Counted from the first letter of the stretch, positions 49,366-60,150 are shown. The stretch is DNA of 64,000 bases from Candidatus Eiseniibacteriota bacterium (GCA_963744995.1 CAVUWA010000002.1:128001-192000), one strand, 5' to 3'. Numbers and translations are program-made. Notes: generated from the letters alone by a model not told the origin.

Positions 49366-50229
49366 CTACTCATCGAACAGCACCGTGGGTTCTTCGTAGT
49401 AGCGGACTTCCCGCTTCTCCCATTTCGCCGCCAGCACCCCGGCGAGCCACTCGTTCTTCGCTTCCAGCGAAACGCTCGTGTCGGTCATGCGGGCGACCGG
49501 CACGTTGATGCGCAGCGCGCGCCAGCGGATCAGGTGGCGGGTGACGCCGGCCGGCAGCTTCGCCCCGTTTTCGGCCAGCTCCAGGACCTCTGCCGGCATC
49601 AGCTTCGGGAACACCACCAGCACGGTGGCGTCCGGGTGCCGTTCCTTCGCGACCTCGATCGAATCGGTGGACATGCGGTAGAAGCGATGCCGCTCCCGAT
49701 AGACGTCGACGATGGCGTTCAGGAGATCGTTGTGTTCATCGAGCGTCGTGCCGCCCGCGAGCGTCACCAGCCGCCCGTCTTCGAGGCACGCATAGGCGAG
49801 GATCTCGCGCCGCGCGAGCTGCGCCTGTGCGTGGAGCTTCTGCTCCTCCGCGAGCCGCAGCCCGGGCACGGCCGCGCACGCCTCGAGGAAGGCATCGGGC
49901 GGCGTTTCGCTGAGCGCGTGATCCCAGGTCCACAGCTGCACCCACGGATCCTCGTAGCGTGCGACCTGCACCACGAGGTGCGGGAAGCCGGCGGCGCGCG
50001 CCGCGGTGCAGCGGTTCGCGCCATCCAGCACCATGTAGCGCGGGGAGCCGTCCGGGGCGTCGGTAAGCGGCGTCACGATCGGCGGATTCTTGAGCACCGA
50101 GTGTTCGCGCAGCTGCCGCACCAGCGGTTCCATGCGCTGCGAATCGTGGCGTTCGTGCGGAACCAGCGAGTCCACCGATACGAAGCGCAGATCGGGAAGG
50201 CGGAAGTCGTCGGGACGGGCGAAGCGCAT
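49366..50229 (-). CDS. ParB/Srx-fold protein (SbnI/SerK-like)
   Basis: LVPHERHD, LKNPPIV, YMVLDGANR; C-terminal LPAGVTRH. Confidence 0.65.
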   Translation of the reverse strand: MRFARPDDFRLPDLRFVSVDSLVPHERHDSQRMEPLVRQLREHSVLKNPPIVTPLTDAPDGSPRYMVLDGANRCTAARAAGFPHLVVQVARYEDPWVQLWTWDHALSETPPDAFLEACAAVPGLRLAEEQKLHAQAQLARREILAYACLEDGRLVTLAGGTTLDEHNDLLNAIVDVYRERHRFYRMSTDSIEVAKERHPDATVLVVFPKLMPAEVLELAENGAKLPAGVTRHLIRWRALRINVPVARMTDTSVSLEAKNEWLAGVLAAKWEKREVRYYEEPTVLFDE

Positions 50230-50294
50230 GGGGCGACGTTACTCCAACGGGACGCGGTTTCTCCAAACGCGAGCGTGCGGACGAAGCCGGCAGC

Positions 50295-50963
50295 CTACTT
50301 GAACGACACGATGTCTTCGAGCGGCTTGCGCCGGATGTCCGGCACCTGCGCGCCGGCGGCGGGGTAGCCGGTGACGAGCAGGATGAACGCACGTTCGTTC
50401 CCGGGGCGGCCGCAGATGTCGTTGAGAAAGCCCATGGGGCTCGGGGTATGGGTGAGCGTGGCGAGCCCCGCGTGGTGGAGCGCCGCGATCAGCATGCCGG
50501 TGGCGATGCCGGCGGACTCCTGCGCGTAGTAGTGTTTCACCTTCGTGCCCTCCGGGGTTTCGCCCCAGAGCTGCACGAAGCAGACGATGAGATACGGCGC
50601 GATCTCGAGGAACGGCTTGCGCGGGTCGGTGCCGAGCGGCGCGAGCGCCGCAAGCCACTCGGCCGGCGCGCGGTGCTCGTAGAAGTCGCGCTCTTCGGTT
50701 TCGGCCGCTTCGCGAATACGCTTCTTCACCGCCGGGTCCGAGACCACGCAGAAGTGCCAGGGCTGCAGGTTCGCGCCGCTGGGCGCGGAGCCGGCCGCGC
50801 GTACGCACTGCTCGATCACCTCGCGCGGCACGCCACGTGGCGAATAGTCGCGCACGGTGCGCCGGCGCTGCAGCTCGTCGGCGAACTCGTGCGCGCGGCG
50901 CTTCATCTCGTCGAGCGGGAACTCCCGGTAGCCGGGCAGCGGCACGAAGCGCGGGGCGTCCAC
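50295..50963 (-). CDS. Nitroreductase family, iodotyrosine-deiodinase-like
   Basis: [41 protein letters not shown]. Confidence 0.88.
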   Translation of the reverse strand: MDAPRFVPLPGYREFPLDEMKRRAHEFADELQRRRTVRDYSPRGVPREVIEQCVRAAGSAPSGANLQPWHFCVVSDPAVKKRIREAAETEERDFYEHRAPAEWLAALAPLGTDPRKPFLEIAPYLIVCFVQLWGETPEGTKVKHYYAQESAGIATGMLIAALHHAGLATLTHTPSPMGFLNDICGRPGNERAFILLVTGYPAAGAQVPDIRRKPLEDIVSFK

Positions 50964-50966
50964 CGA

Positions 50967-51572
50967 TCAGGTGCCCGTGTCCGGTTGCGAGTCGTCTTCC
51001 TCGAGCGGCTCTTCGAGCGCCGGGCCGCTGCCGATGACCGCAGTGGCACGGATCTCGACCCGGCAGCGCGGATCGGCGAGCGCGGTCACCCCGACCGCGG
51101 TCCACGCCGGATAGCCTTCGGTGAAGAACTCGCGCTTCACGGCCGCGAACGCTTCGAGGTCGCGCATGTCGGTGTGATAGGTGACCAGCTCGACCACGTC
51201 GCTCAGCGAACCGCCGGCTTCGGCGATGACGTCCTCCAGGTGGCGGAACGCCAGGCGCGCCTGCGCCTCCAGGCTGTCCGGCACCTCGCCGGTCTCGGGA
51301 TCGTAGCCGACCTGCCCCGACACCCAGATCGTGCGCCCGGAGCGGACGCCCTGGGAGTACTGCCAATTGCGATAGACGTCTTCGGTGCCAGGCGGGTTGA
51401 TGAGCTCCTTCTGCAGCTCGTCGACGACCTGGCCCGCGTCATCGGCCGCGCGCGGGGTGCAGCCGAACAGCAGGAGCATCGCGGCCAGCGGCAGCAGGGC
51501 GTGCAGCCGGAATGCCGGCCGTGCCGGCCGGCCGGCGCACGGCGCGATCGCGACAGGGCGGCCGATGCGCAT
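50967..51572 (-). CDS. RidA/YjgF-family protein with an N-terminal lipoprotein-like signal
   Basis: YSQGV, VSGQVG, YPAWTAVGV, VEIRATA; lipobox LFGC. Confidence 0.8.
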   Translation of the reverse strand: MRIGRPVAIAPCAGRPARPAFRLHALLPLAAMLLLFGCTPRAADDAGQVVDELQKELINPPGTEDVYRNWQYSQGVRSGRTIWVSGQVGYDPETGEVPDSLEAQARLAFRHLEDVIAEAGGSLSDVVELVTYHTDMRDLEAFAAVKREFFTEGYPAWTAVGVTALADPRCRVEIRATAVIGSGPALEEPLEEDDSQPDTGT

Positions 51573-51586
51573 CGTCGATCTCGGCG

Positions 51587-52720
51587 CTACTTGCGCAGCG
51601 CTTCGATCCCCGAAGCCCGGCCGCGGGTGTAGTAGGCGTCGCGCAGGCCGGCGAGCATCTGTTCGCGGCGGTCGTAGAGGCGCTTCGGCGTGCGCGGCTT
51701 ACGGCGCGCGAGTGCATACGAAGCCAGCAACGGCAGCCCGATCGTGGAGTCGCAGTAGGCGATGACGGTGTCATTGAGCTTGGAGGGGTCGATCTTGCCC
51801 CAGCTCACGGCCTCCGCGGGCGTCGCGCCGGAGAGGCCGCCGGTGTCGGGCCGCGCGTCGGTGATGGCCAGGTAGTAGTCGTGGCCGCTCTCTTTCATCA
51901 TCGCGATTTCCTGGATGTACGGCTCGGTCTGCAGCACGAAGTTCTTGGGGCTGCCGCCGCCCAGCACCCAGACGGCGCTCTTGCCGCCCTCGGCTTTCGC
52001 GTTCCAGACGATCGCCGCCGTCTCGTTGACGTCGAGGTTGACGTCGAACTCGAGTCCGTTGCCCTCGAGCGCGCGCGCCGCGACGTTCATACCGATCGAA
52101 GAGTCACCGGGCGACGAGGTGTAGATCGGCACGCCCAGCTCGTACGCCGCGGCGAGGAACGAGCGGCGCGTGGCGCCGAGCTTCTTCTCGCGCTCGAGCA
52201 CGTACTTGCCCGCCAGATGGTGGAACTCGGCCGACGACATCTTCCGCTGGAACTCCGGCGCGGCGATCATGTGGTAGTAGAACGCGTCGGTGTCGAGCAG
52301 CACGTTGTAGTCGAAGAAGATGTCGTAGATGCGCACGACGCCCTCTTCGTGCAGCTCGACGTCATCGGCGTCGAAGCGGCCCTGGTGCATCGAGAACCCG
52401 ATGCCGAAGTGGGTGTCGTGGTAGAGGTTCGCGCCGGTCGAGACGACCCAGTCCACGAAGCCGGCTTCCATCAGCGGAATCAGCGCGCTCATGCCGAGCC
52501 CGGCGGGCGTCAGCGCACCGGTGATGGTGAGCCCGACGGTGACGTCGTCCTCGAGCACCTTCTCGGCGAGCAGGCGCGCGGCTTCGTGCAGGCGCCCCGC
52601 GTTGTAGGCGAAGAACGAGTGGTCGATGAGGTCGGCCACGGTCTCTTTTCCGGTCAGCGCCGGGGGCGCAATGCTCCGCCCGGACAGGTAGCCGTGCTTC
52701 TTCTTATGGTTCTCGGACAT
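51587..52720 (-). CDS. Deoxyhypusine synthase-like protein (probable homospermidine synthase)
   Basis: [34 protein letters not shown] with the catalytic Lys. Confidence 0.9.
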   Translation of the reverse strand: MSENHKKKHGYLSGRSIAPPALTGKETVADLIDHSFFAYNAGRLHEAARLLAEKVLEDDVTVGLTITGALTPAGLGMSALIPLMEAGFVDWVVSTGANLYHDTHFGIGFSMHQGRFDADDVELHEEGVVRIYDIFFDYNVLLDTDAFYYHMIAAPEFQRKMSSAEFHHLAGKYVLEREKKLGATRRSFLAAAYELGVPIYTSSPGDSSIGMNVAARALEGNGLEFDVNLDVNETAAIVWNAKAEGGKSAVWVLGGGSPKNFVLQTEPYIQEIAMMKESGHDYYLAITDARPDTGGLSGATPAEAVSWGKIDPSKLNDTVIAYCDSTIGLPLLASYALARRKPRTPKRLYDRREQMLAGLRDAYYTRGRASGIEALRK

Positions 52721-52896
52721 GGTCGGCTCCGTGAAGAGTCTGGGTCGGGTGACAGGCCCGGGACATTAACCCGGAGTGGCGCCCGGGCGAAAACGCGCCG
52801 GATCCGCTCGAGGCGGAATCCGACGGGTCCGGTGGCGACCGCCGCCCGGCCATGCCCGGCAGGCGGAAGCAGGACCAGGTGCAATCAGGGCAACTG

Positions 52897-54747
52897 CTAC
52901 AGCCGCCCCGGATTCTCGCCGCCGCCGACCGGCATCTCTTCGCGCTTCACTTCCGGCGTGAAGTCCTCGCCCGGATTGATGAAGCGGTTGATCTCCATCG
53001 CATACTGGCGGTCGTAGAGTTCGCGATACCGGCCGTTCTTCTCGATCAGCGCCTCGTGGGTGCCGCGCTCGACGATCTCGCCGCCCTCCAGGACCAGGAT
53101 CTGATCCGCGTTGCGGATCGTCGAGAGCCGGTGGGCGATCACGAACGAGGTGCGTCCGCGGCGCAGGCGCTGCAGGCCGTCCTGGATCATGGCTTCGCTC
53201 TCGCTGTCGAGACTCGAGGTGGCCTCGTCGAGGATCAGAATGCGCGGGTCGGCCAGAATCGCCCGTGCGATCGCAACGCGCTGGCGCTGGCCACCCGACA
53301 GCTTGACGCCGCGCTCGCCGACGATCGTGTCGTAGCCGTTCTCGAACTGGTCGACGAACTCGTGCACGTGCGCAATGCGCGCGACCTTCTCCACCTCTGC
53401 GTCGCTCGCGTTGGGCTTGGAGAACGCGATGTTCTCGCGCACCGTGCCGTCGAAAAGGAAGTTGTCCTGGAGCACCACGCCGAGCTGGGCACGGTAGCTG
53501 CGCAGGCGCAGCGTGGACAGGTCCCTGCCGTCCACGAGCACGCGGCCCGACTTCGGCCGGTGCAGGGCCATCACCAGTCCGATCAGCGTGCTCTTGCCCG
53601 AGCCGCTCGAGCCGACCAGGGCCGTCGTGCTGCCGGCGGAAGATTCGAAGCTGACGTGTTTGAGCACCTCGACGCCCGGCGTGTATTCGAACGTGACGTC
53701 ATCGAAGCGGATGTCGCCCTCGACCATGCCCGCGTCGGCGCGCCCGCGGTCGCCTTCGTCCTCCGGGGCCATCGCGAGGATCTCGCGGATCCGATCGAGC
53801 CCGGCGAAGGCCTCGGTGATCTGCGTGCCGACGTTGGCCATCTCGACGAGCGGCGCCGCCATCATCGCCGTGAACGAGACGTACATGACGAAGTCGCCGA
53901 CGGTCATGGTCTGGTTCAGCATCGCGCGGCCGCCGATCAGGATCATGATCACGCCGATGATGCCGACGACGACGGTGGACAGTGCGGTCGTCGCCGAGAT
54001 CCCGGTGAGCGTGCGCGCCACCAGTCGCAGCAGCGAGTGCGCGCCGCGCGAGAACACCAGCTGCTCGCGTTTCTCGGCCACGTAGACCTTGACGATGCGC
54101 GCGCCGCCGAGCGACTCGGCGAGCCGGCCGGTGACGTCGGCATTCACCTTCCAGCGTTCACGGAAGATCGGACGCAGGTAGTTGAACGCATACGACATGA
54201 ACCCGCCCGAGAGCGCGAGAATCGAGAGCGTGATCAGCGTGAGGCCCCAGTTGATGTAGAGCAGCACGCTCAGTGCCAGTCCCGCCGTCACGACGCCGCC
54301 GCAGAGCTGCACGATGCCGGTGCCGACCAGGTTCCGGATGCCCTCGGCGTCGGTCATGATCCGCGAGATCAGCACGCCGGACTTGGTCGAATCGTAGTAA
54401 CGGATCGGCAGGCGCGTGATGTGGGCCTGCACCCGCTTGCGCATGTCGCTGATCGCGCGCTGCGCGGCGATGCTCACCACCTGCGTCAGTGCGAACGAGG
54501 TGCCGGCCTGGACCAGCGTCGCTGCGGCGGCCGCCAGCGCGACCGGCAGGAGCAGGTCGGTGCGATGCTTGCCGACGACGTCGTCGAGCAGCACCTTCGT
54601 GGTGCCGGGCAGCACCATGCCCGCGACCCGCGAGACGAGCATGAGCCCCATGCCGATCGAGAGCGAGCGGCGGTGGCGCCACATGAGATCGCGCGATTCG
54701 CGCCAGACGACGGAGAGATTGAGGCGCTTCTTCTTCGGATCGGACAT
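52897..54747 (-). CDS. ABC exporter, fused TMD-NBD (MsbA-like)
   Basis: TM domain; GSSGSGKST, LSGGQRQR, ILDEATS, IAHRLST. Confidence 0.93.
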   Translation of the reverse strand: MSDPKKKRLNLSVVWRESRDLMWRHRRSLSIGMGLMLVSRVAGMVLPGTTKVLLDDVVGKHRTDLLLPVALAAAAATLVQAGTSFALTQVVSIAAQRAISDMRKRVQAHITRLPIRYYDSTKSGVLISRIMTDAEGIRNLVGTGIVQLCGGVVTAGLALSVLLYINWGLTLITLSILALSGGFMSYAFNYLRPIFRERWKVNADVTGRLAESLGGARIVKVYVAEKREQLVFSRGAHSLLRLVARTLTGISATTALSTVVVGIIGVIMILIGGRAMLNQTMTVGDFVMYVSFTAMMAAPLVEMANVGTQITEAFAGLDRIREILAMAPEDEGDRGRADAGMVEGDIRFDDVTFEYTPGVEVLKHVSFESSAGSTTALVGSSGSGKSTLIGLVMALHRPKSGRVLVDGRDLSTLRLRSYRAQLGVVLQDNFLFDGTVRENIAFSKPNASDAEVEKVARIAHVHEFVDQFENGYDTIVGERGVKLSGGQRQRVAIARAILADPRILILDEATSSLDSESEAMIQDGLQRLRRGRTSFVIAHRLSTIRNADQILVLEGGEIVERGTHEALIEKNGRYRELYDRQYAMEINRFINPGEDFTPEVKREEMPVGGGENPGRL

Positions 54748-54980
54748 GAATTCCTTCTGTATGGTGCGAGCGGGAGATCGATCCGGAACAGGGGCGCGGG
54801 ACGCCGGGGCGGGGTGACGGCAGGTTCCGGCGCGCATCGCGCCCGCACATCATACCGGCCCCGGCCGCGGGGCGCGACCGCCGGGCGCGGCGCGCGGCAC
54901 GGGGGAGGCGAACCTCGGAAATGGCCCCGCCGCGCCCGAAACTGCGCCTCGATGGGAGAGATCGAGGGAGGAGGGACAGG

Positions 54981-55541
54981 ATGCACCCGGACATCAGCCT
55001 TCGCCGTTTGCGCGGGTTTCTGCTGACCGCGACGCTCTCGTGCATCGGGGCATCCGGGGTGTTCGCGGCTCCCGCGCCGGCGCCCGACACGACCGGGACC
55101 GCGGCGGTGACCGGGGCCGCACCCGCGACCGAGACTCTGCTGCGGATCCGGCCCGATCCGGATGCCCGCGGCATCATGGCCGGCTGGACACCGATGTTCA
55201 GGGCCACGCTGCTGAGATCCACCGCCGATTCGCTGTGGGTGGTGCCCCTGCGGAGCGGGACACCGGTCGGGCTCGCACTCGCGGACGTTCGGCTCGAGCG
55301 CTACGCCGGACGCAGCAGTCTCGGCGGCGCGGTGACCGGCGGCGCGCTCGGCGTCATGCTCGGGCTCGGTGTCGGGCTGATCGTGGCCGTGGCCACGAAT
55401 GACCGGCACCGGGACAACGAGCTGGCCGGTCTCGCCTTCATCTACCTGCCGGTGACGTTCGCCGGGATCGGGCTGCCGATCGGGGCGTTCGTCGGCGCCA
55501 TACGCGGCGCCGATCGCTGGGAGCGGGTGCGGCTGCCCTGA
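54981..55541 (+). CDS. Secreted glycine-zipper protein (paralog 1)
   Basis: GGAGG RBS; signal peptide; FRATLLR.TADSLWV, LALADVRL, Gly-rich helices, C-terminal WERV. Confidence 0.7.
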   Translation: MHPDISLRRLRGFLLTATLSCIGASGVFAAPAPAPDTTGTAAVTGAAPATETLLRIRPDPDARGIMAGWTPMFRATLLRSTADSLWVVPLRSGTPVGLALADVRLERYAGRSSLGGAVTGGALGVMLGLGVGLIVAVATNDRHRDNELAGLAFIYLPVTFAGIGLPIGAFVGAIRGADRWERVRLP

Positions 55542-55563
55542 GGGCCGCGGGGAGAGATCGCTC

Positions 55564-56061
55564 GTGCAGATCCTGCGTTCCGGAGTCCGTCGCGCGCACG
55601 AAGCCGGCCTCGCTGCATTCCTGTGCATCGGGCTCGCATGCGCCGCCGCCGCGGATCCGGCGCCGCCGCCGCCGCCCGGAACGCTGCTGCGCGTGAAGCC
55701 GGCCGGGCACCAGAAGGCGGCGACGTTCAGAGCCACCCTGCTCAGGATGACCGCCGACTCGCTGTGGGTGAACCGCGAGGACGGCGGTGCGCCGGTGACG
55801 CTCGCGCTCGCGGACGTGCGGCTCCAGCGTTTCGCGGGACACGGCCACGGATCCGGCGCCGTGTTCGGCGGCGGCGTCGGGCTGCTGCTCGGGGTCTGCG
55901 CCGGCACGCTCGCCGCCGTCGCCGAGAACATCGACCCCAGCAGCGACATGGCGGGACTCGCGTTCATCTACTACCCGGCGTTCGGCGCCGCGATCGGGTT
56001 GCCGGCGGGCGCCGTCGTCGGCGGGCTCATCGGCCGCGACGAGTGGACGCCCGTGCCCTGA
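55564..56061 (+). CDS. Secreted glycine-zipper protein (paralog 2)
   Basis: FRATLLRMTADSLWV, LALADVRL, AGLAFIY shared with paralog 1. Confidence 0.7.
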   Translation: MQILRSGVRRAHEAGLAAFLCIGLACAAAADPAPPPPPGTLLRVKPAGHQKAATFRATLLRMTADSLWVNREDGGAPVTLALADVRLQRFAGHGHGSGAVFGGGVGLLLGVCAGTLAAVAENIDPSSDMAGLAFIYYPAFGAAIGLPAGAVVGGLIGRDEWTPVP

Positions 56062-56102
56062 CGGACCGGGCGTGGCACGGGTGCGAACGCCGCCGCCCGC
56101 CG

Positions 56103-57101
56103 CTACTTCGTCACGCGCCCGTGCGGGCCCTGCGCCAGCACCTCGTCGATCTTGTTCTGATCGTCGGGGAACATGCCGACCTTCGCGAGCCGCGGCAGCA
56201 GCTTCATCCAGCGCTGCTCCTTCGCGAACACCTGGTGGAACAGCGCGAGGCCTTCCTTCTCGCGTCCGTTGGTGTACATGCCGACCGCGGCCCAGAACTG
56301 CAACTCGACCACGTTCGGCGCGAGCTTCGAGGCTTCTTCGTACTCTTTCAGCGCCTCGGCCGGCTTGCCCTCCGCGATGAATCCGTCGCCCGCGTCTTCG
56401 TGGTTGTAGGCGCGGCGCAGCGTGATCAGCCGCCGCAGCTCCGCGAGCGGGTGATCGGAGTCCTCGACGCGCAGATCGATGACGCGATCCGCCCACGGCT
56501 TGCCGGTCGACTTCGCCTTCACCACGATCATCGCCGCCGACTGCCTGCCGCGGATGTCGCCGCCCGCCTGCTGCCCGGCCTCGAGCGCCTGCATCATGCG
56601 CTCGGCGAGATCGCCCTTCGCCTTCTCGAACGCAGTCGCCATCGCCGGCCACACTTTGTCGTTCGCCATCAGGTTGGCCTGCACCGAGAACTGCGCACCG
56701 GTCTGCTGCCCGGCATCGGGGATGCATTTGGGTCCGGTATAGGCGGCGACGTTGCCCTTCGCGTCCACCATCGCGACCTGGCGACCCTCGTTGTGCTCGT
56801 CCGCCGCGACCAGCTGATCGAGCGCCTCCTTCGCGGTCCTGCCCTGGCGCATGAGATCCAGCCCGTTCGGGCCGTAGTCCACCAGCACGAGTGACTGCGT
56901 TGCGACGGCGCCGACGCCGGCTTCGGCCCACGGCACGATCGGCCCGACCGAGAAGTAGTGCGACTGCACCGCGACGCCCATCTCGCCCGTTTCGGGATCG
57001 CGCGCGACGATCGAGAACGTGTGCACCAGCGGGGCGGGGGCCGGGGCGCCCTGCGGCACGACGATCGCCGCGGTCAGCGGCAGGAGAAAGGACCAGTCCA
57101 T
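56103..57101 (-). CDS. DUF1028 (Ntn-hydrolase-like) protein with TPR-like tail
   Basis: HTFSIVARDP, GVGAVATQS, GGDIRGRQSAA, DLRVED. Confidence 0.88.
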   Translation of the reverse strand: MDWSFLLPLTAAIVVPQGAPAPAPLVHTFSIVARDPETGEMGVAVQSHYFSVGPIVPWAEAGVGAVATQSLVLVDYGPNGLDLMRQGRTAKEALDQLVAADEHNEGRQVAMVDAKGNVAAYTGPKCIPDAGQQTGAQFSVQANLMANDKVWPAMATAFEKAKGDLAERMMQALEAGQQAGGDIRGRQSAAMIVVKAKSTGKPWADRVIDLRVEDSDHPLAELRRLITLRRAYNHEDAGDGFIAEGKPAEALKEYEEASKLAPNVVELQFWAAVGMYTNGREKEGLALFHQVFAKEQRWMKLLPRLAKVGMFPDDQNKIDEVLAQGPHGRVTK

Positions 57102-57243
57102 GGGTGCCTCCAGGAGATCATGGGAATGCGCTCGCTCACGGCTTGAAGCGGGGAGCATACGACTCGAAACGGGCGACTGCGACTGCGGCCTCATGGCCCG
57201 CGCCGCCCTGGTCGCGCCGCGCAACAGGTCTTATGCTGCGCCC

Positions 57244-57711
57244 ATGCGCCGTCTCGTCCTTGCCGTATGCATGCTCGCCGCAGCGGCTCCGGCCCCGGCC
57301 GACGAGAACCCGTGGAACGCAGCGGGAGCGCGCGTGCGTCTCCAGTTGAAGGAAGAAGGCCGTCCGGCCACGCGGGCCGGTTTTCGTTTCGAGGCCGTCA
57401 TGAACCGCATCGACGCCGATTCCATGTGGGTCACGCCGCGCGGCAGCAGCGCCGTCACCGCGCTCGCGCTCGACGGCGTGCAGCATCTCGACGTGTACGC
57501 TGGACGCGACCATCCGGCGGGCATGCGTCGCGGCTTTGTGATCGGGCTCGGCGCGGGCGTCGCAGGCGGGCTGGCGATCTCGGTGCTGCTCGGCACGGCG
57601 GACGACGCGAGCTTCGGCGACGGCTTCGCCTTCGCGATTCCGCTGGGAGCGATCGGGGGCGCTGCAGCGGGCGCGCTGGTGGGAAGAGACCGCTGGGACC
57701 GGGCGTGGTGA
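57244..57711 (+). CDS. Secreted glycine-zipper protein (paralog 3)
   Basis: Signal peptide; ADSMWV, LALDGV, YAGR, GAAAGALVGRDRW. Confidence 0.65.
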   Translation: MRRLVLAVCMLAAAAPAPADENPWNAAGARVRLQLKEEGRPATRAGFRFEAVMNRIDADSMWVTPRGSSAVTALALDGVQHLDVYAGRDHPAGMRRGFVIGLGAGVAGGLAISVLLGTADDASFGDGFAFAIPLGAIGGAAAGALVGRDRWDRAW

Positions 57712-59963
57712 GGGTCAGAGCCTCCGGCCTCGTCGCCCTCGCACTGTCGTGCGTGGCCGTACCCGCGTTCGCCGACGGGCGCCCGACCGTCCCTGCCGTG
57801 AAGATCGAAGGCGAGATCCGGATCGACGGCATCATGGACGAACCCGAATGGGCCGCGGCCACGCCGATCACCGGCTTCCGGCTGATCGAGGTACGCGAGG
57901 GTCAGATGCCGTCCGAGTCCACCGAGGTGCGCATCCTCTACGACTCGGAGCGGATCTACGTCGGGATCTGGTGCGGCAACCGCGGGCCGGGCGCGATCCG
58001 CTCGAGCCTCGCGCCGCGCGACGAGAACCTCGACGATGATCAGATCGCGGTGCACTTCGATACGTATCGCGACCGGCGCCGCGCCTACATTTTCGGCGTG
58101 AACGCCGACGGCGTGCAGATGGACGGCATTCTCGACGGCGACGAGCCGGACTTCAGCTGGGACGCCGTATGGGACGCCGAGGCGAAGCGCGTGATGGGCG
58201 GCTGGACGGCGGAGATGGCGATCCCGGTGCGCGAGATGCGCTTCCCCGCCGACGGCGGCGGCGCGTGGGGAATCTGGTTCCGGCGCCAGATCACCAAGAA
58301 CGACGAAGTGTGCTCGTGGCCGCTGTGGCGGCAGGAGGATCAGGGCGCGATCATGCTGCAGGCCGCCGATCTCACCGGCATTCACGGGCTGGTGGGCAGC
58401 GGCGGGCTCGAGGTGCAGCCGTATGCATCGGTGACCCGCGACGAGCAGCGCGGACCACGATTCGGGCCGTCCGGACCGCTCGGCGGACTCAGCCGATGGT
58501 CCGGCGATTACGAGTCGAACGCCGGCCTCGACCTCAAGTACGGTCTCACCTCGACGCTGGTCGCGAACGGGACGTTCAACCCCGACTACAGCCAGGTCGA
58601 AGCCGACGCGCTGCAGATCGACACGAACCGGCGCTTCGCCCTGTTCTACCCGGAGAAGCGGCCGTTCTTTTTGGAAGGGGCGGAGATCTTCAACACGCGC
58701 CTCGATCTGGTCTACACGCGTCGGATCGCCGACCCCGACGCGGGCTTCAAGATCACCGGCAAACAGGGCCGCGTGCGCGTCGGCGCGATCGCCGCGTACG
58801 ACGCCGGCGGCGGTTCGCTCGCCGGCACGGGCGCGCTCGGCCACGAACCGGTTTCGCGCGAAGGTTTCGTCGGGATCGCGCGCACGACGTTCGACATCGG
58901 CGACGACAGCAACATCGGCCTGCTGTACACGGACCGGCGCAGCCGCGATCGAATCGACGGCGTGTTCACGGACGCCCTGACGCCCGGCCTCCTGCCGCAG
59001 GGCGGCGCGAACCAGGTCGTTGCGCTCGACGGCCGCTGGCGCATCACGCGACCGCTGTTCCTCGAGAGCCAGGTCGCGTGGAGCCACACGCGCGTGGACT
59101 CGAGCTCGGACCATCAGGGTGATCGCATCGCCAGGCGGGCCAGCTTCGACGACGCCGGGTACGACGCGCGCCTGCGTTTCGCCGACGGCGTGCGGGATGT
59201 GAGCGTGTATCAGAGCTACCTGGGTCCCGAGTTTCGCAGCGAGACCGGATTTCTCGAACGCGTGGACATTCGCAAGAGCGGTTTCGACAGCGACTTCATC
59301 GCGCGGCCCGAGAATGCCTGGCTGCGCTCGTGGCAGCCGATCTTCAATGCCTACGTCATTCATGACCACACCGGCGGCATTCAGGAGTGGTACGTGAGTC
59401 CGATGATCGACTGGGAATTCCAGAAGTCCACGCACGTGCACACCATGTACGTACGCTCGATGGAGCGGTTCTTCGGGAACGAGTTCGATCTGAATACGCA
59501 CATCCTGAACTTCGACAACTGGCTGTTCCGGCAGGCCGAAGTCTCGTTCTACACGACCGTTGGCGACGGCATCTTCTACGAGGCTGGCCCCGCGGCCTTC
59601 AAGGGCTGGCGCGAGAACTACACGTTCGAGGCCACGCTCAGACCCTCCCCGCGGATGACCTCGGCGGTCAGCGTCGAACGCAGCCGGTTCTCGCGGAAGT
59701 TCGGCGGCGAGGAGATCTTCGACGTCTGGGTGATGGGTGCGAACACGACCTATCAGTTCACCCGCGAGCTGTTCGCACGCGTCTACCCGCAGTACAACGC
59801 GGACGACCGGCACCTCGATGCCGACGTGCTGATCGGCTACGTCCTGCACCCGGGCACCGTGATCTACGCCGGCTACAACGGTGATTTCGACCGCATCGAC
59901 GGCAGCACGCAGGGCACGCACCGCACCTGGTTCGTGAAGGCGTCGTACCGGTTCGTGCGGTAG
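57705..59963 (+). CDS. CBM9-like + DUF5916 outer-membrane protein
   Basis: IDGIMDEPEW, WTAEMAIP, NPDYSQVEAD, YPEKRPFFLEG; C-terminal FVKASYRF. Confidence 0.88.
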   Translation: MVRVRASGLVALALSCVAVPAFADGRPTVPAVKIEGEIRIDGIMDEPEWAAATPITGFRLIEVREGQMPSESTEVRILYDSERIYVGIWCGNRGPGAIRSSLAPRDENLDDDQIAVHFDTYRDRRRAYIFGVNADGVQMDGILDGDEPDFSWDAVWDAEAKRVMGGWTAEMAIPVREMRFPADGGGAWGIWFRRQITKNDEVCSWPLWRQEDQGAIMLQAADLTGIHGLVGSGGLEVQPYASVTRDEQRGPRFGPSGPLGGLSRWSGDYESNAGLDLKYGLTSTLVANGTFNPDYSQVEADALQIDTNRRFALFYPEKRPFFLEGAEIFNTRLDLVYTRRIADPDAGFKITGKQGRVRVGAIAAYDAGGGSLAGTGALGHEPVSREGFVGIARTTFDIGDDSNIGLLYTDRRSRDRIDGVFTDALTPGLLPQGGANQVVALDGRWRITRPLFLESQVAWSHTRVDSSSDHQGDRIARRASFDDAGYDARLRFADGVRDVSVYQSYLGPEFRSETGFLERVDIRKSGFDSDFIARPENAWLRSWQPIFNAYVIHDHTGGIQEWYVSPMIDWEFQKSTHVHTMYVRSMERFFGNEFDLNTHILNFDNWLFRQAEVSFYTTVGDGIFYEAGPAAFKGWRENYTFEATLRPSPRMTSAVSVERSRFSRKFGGEEIFDVWVMGANTTYQFTRELFARVYPQYNADDRHLDADVLIGYVLHPGTVIYAGYNGDFDRIDGSTQGTHRTWFVKASYRFVR

Positions 59964-60150
59964 CGGGTCGTCGCGGCTCGCTGAGATGCCGCCGGGCACG
60001 CCACGGCCGCCGCGAGATATTTCTGCCGCCTGCACCGGCCATCGGATGGACTTTCACCGCCGTAATTCTCATTGCCTCATCTGATCCCCGAGCCCCTCTG
60101 CTTCGTTCTCCAGCCCAGCGAGGCCCGCGTGCTCCCGCTCGACTCCCGTC

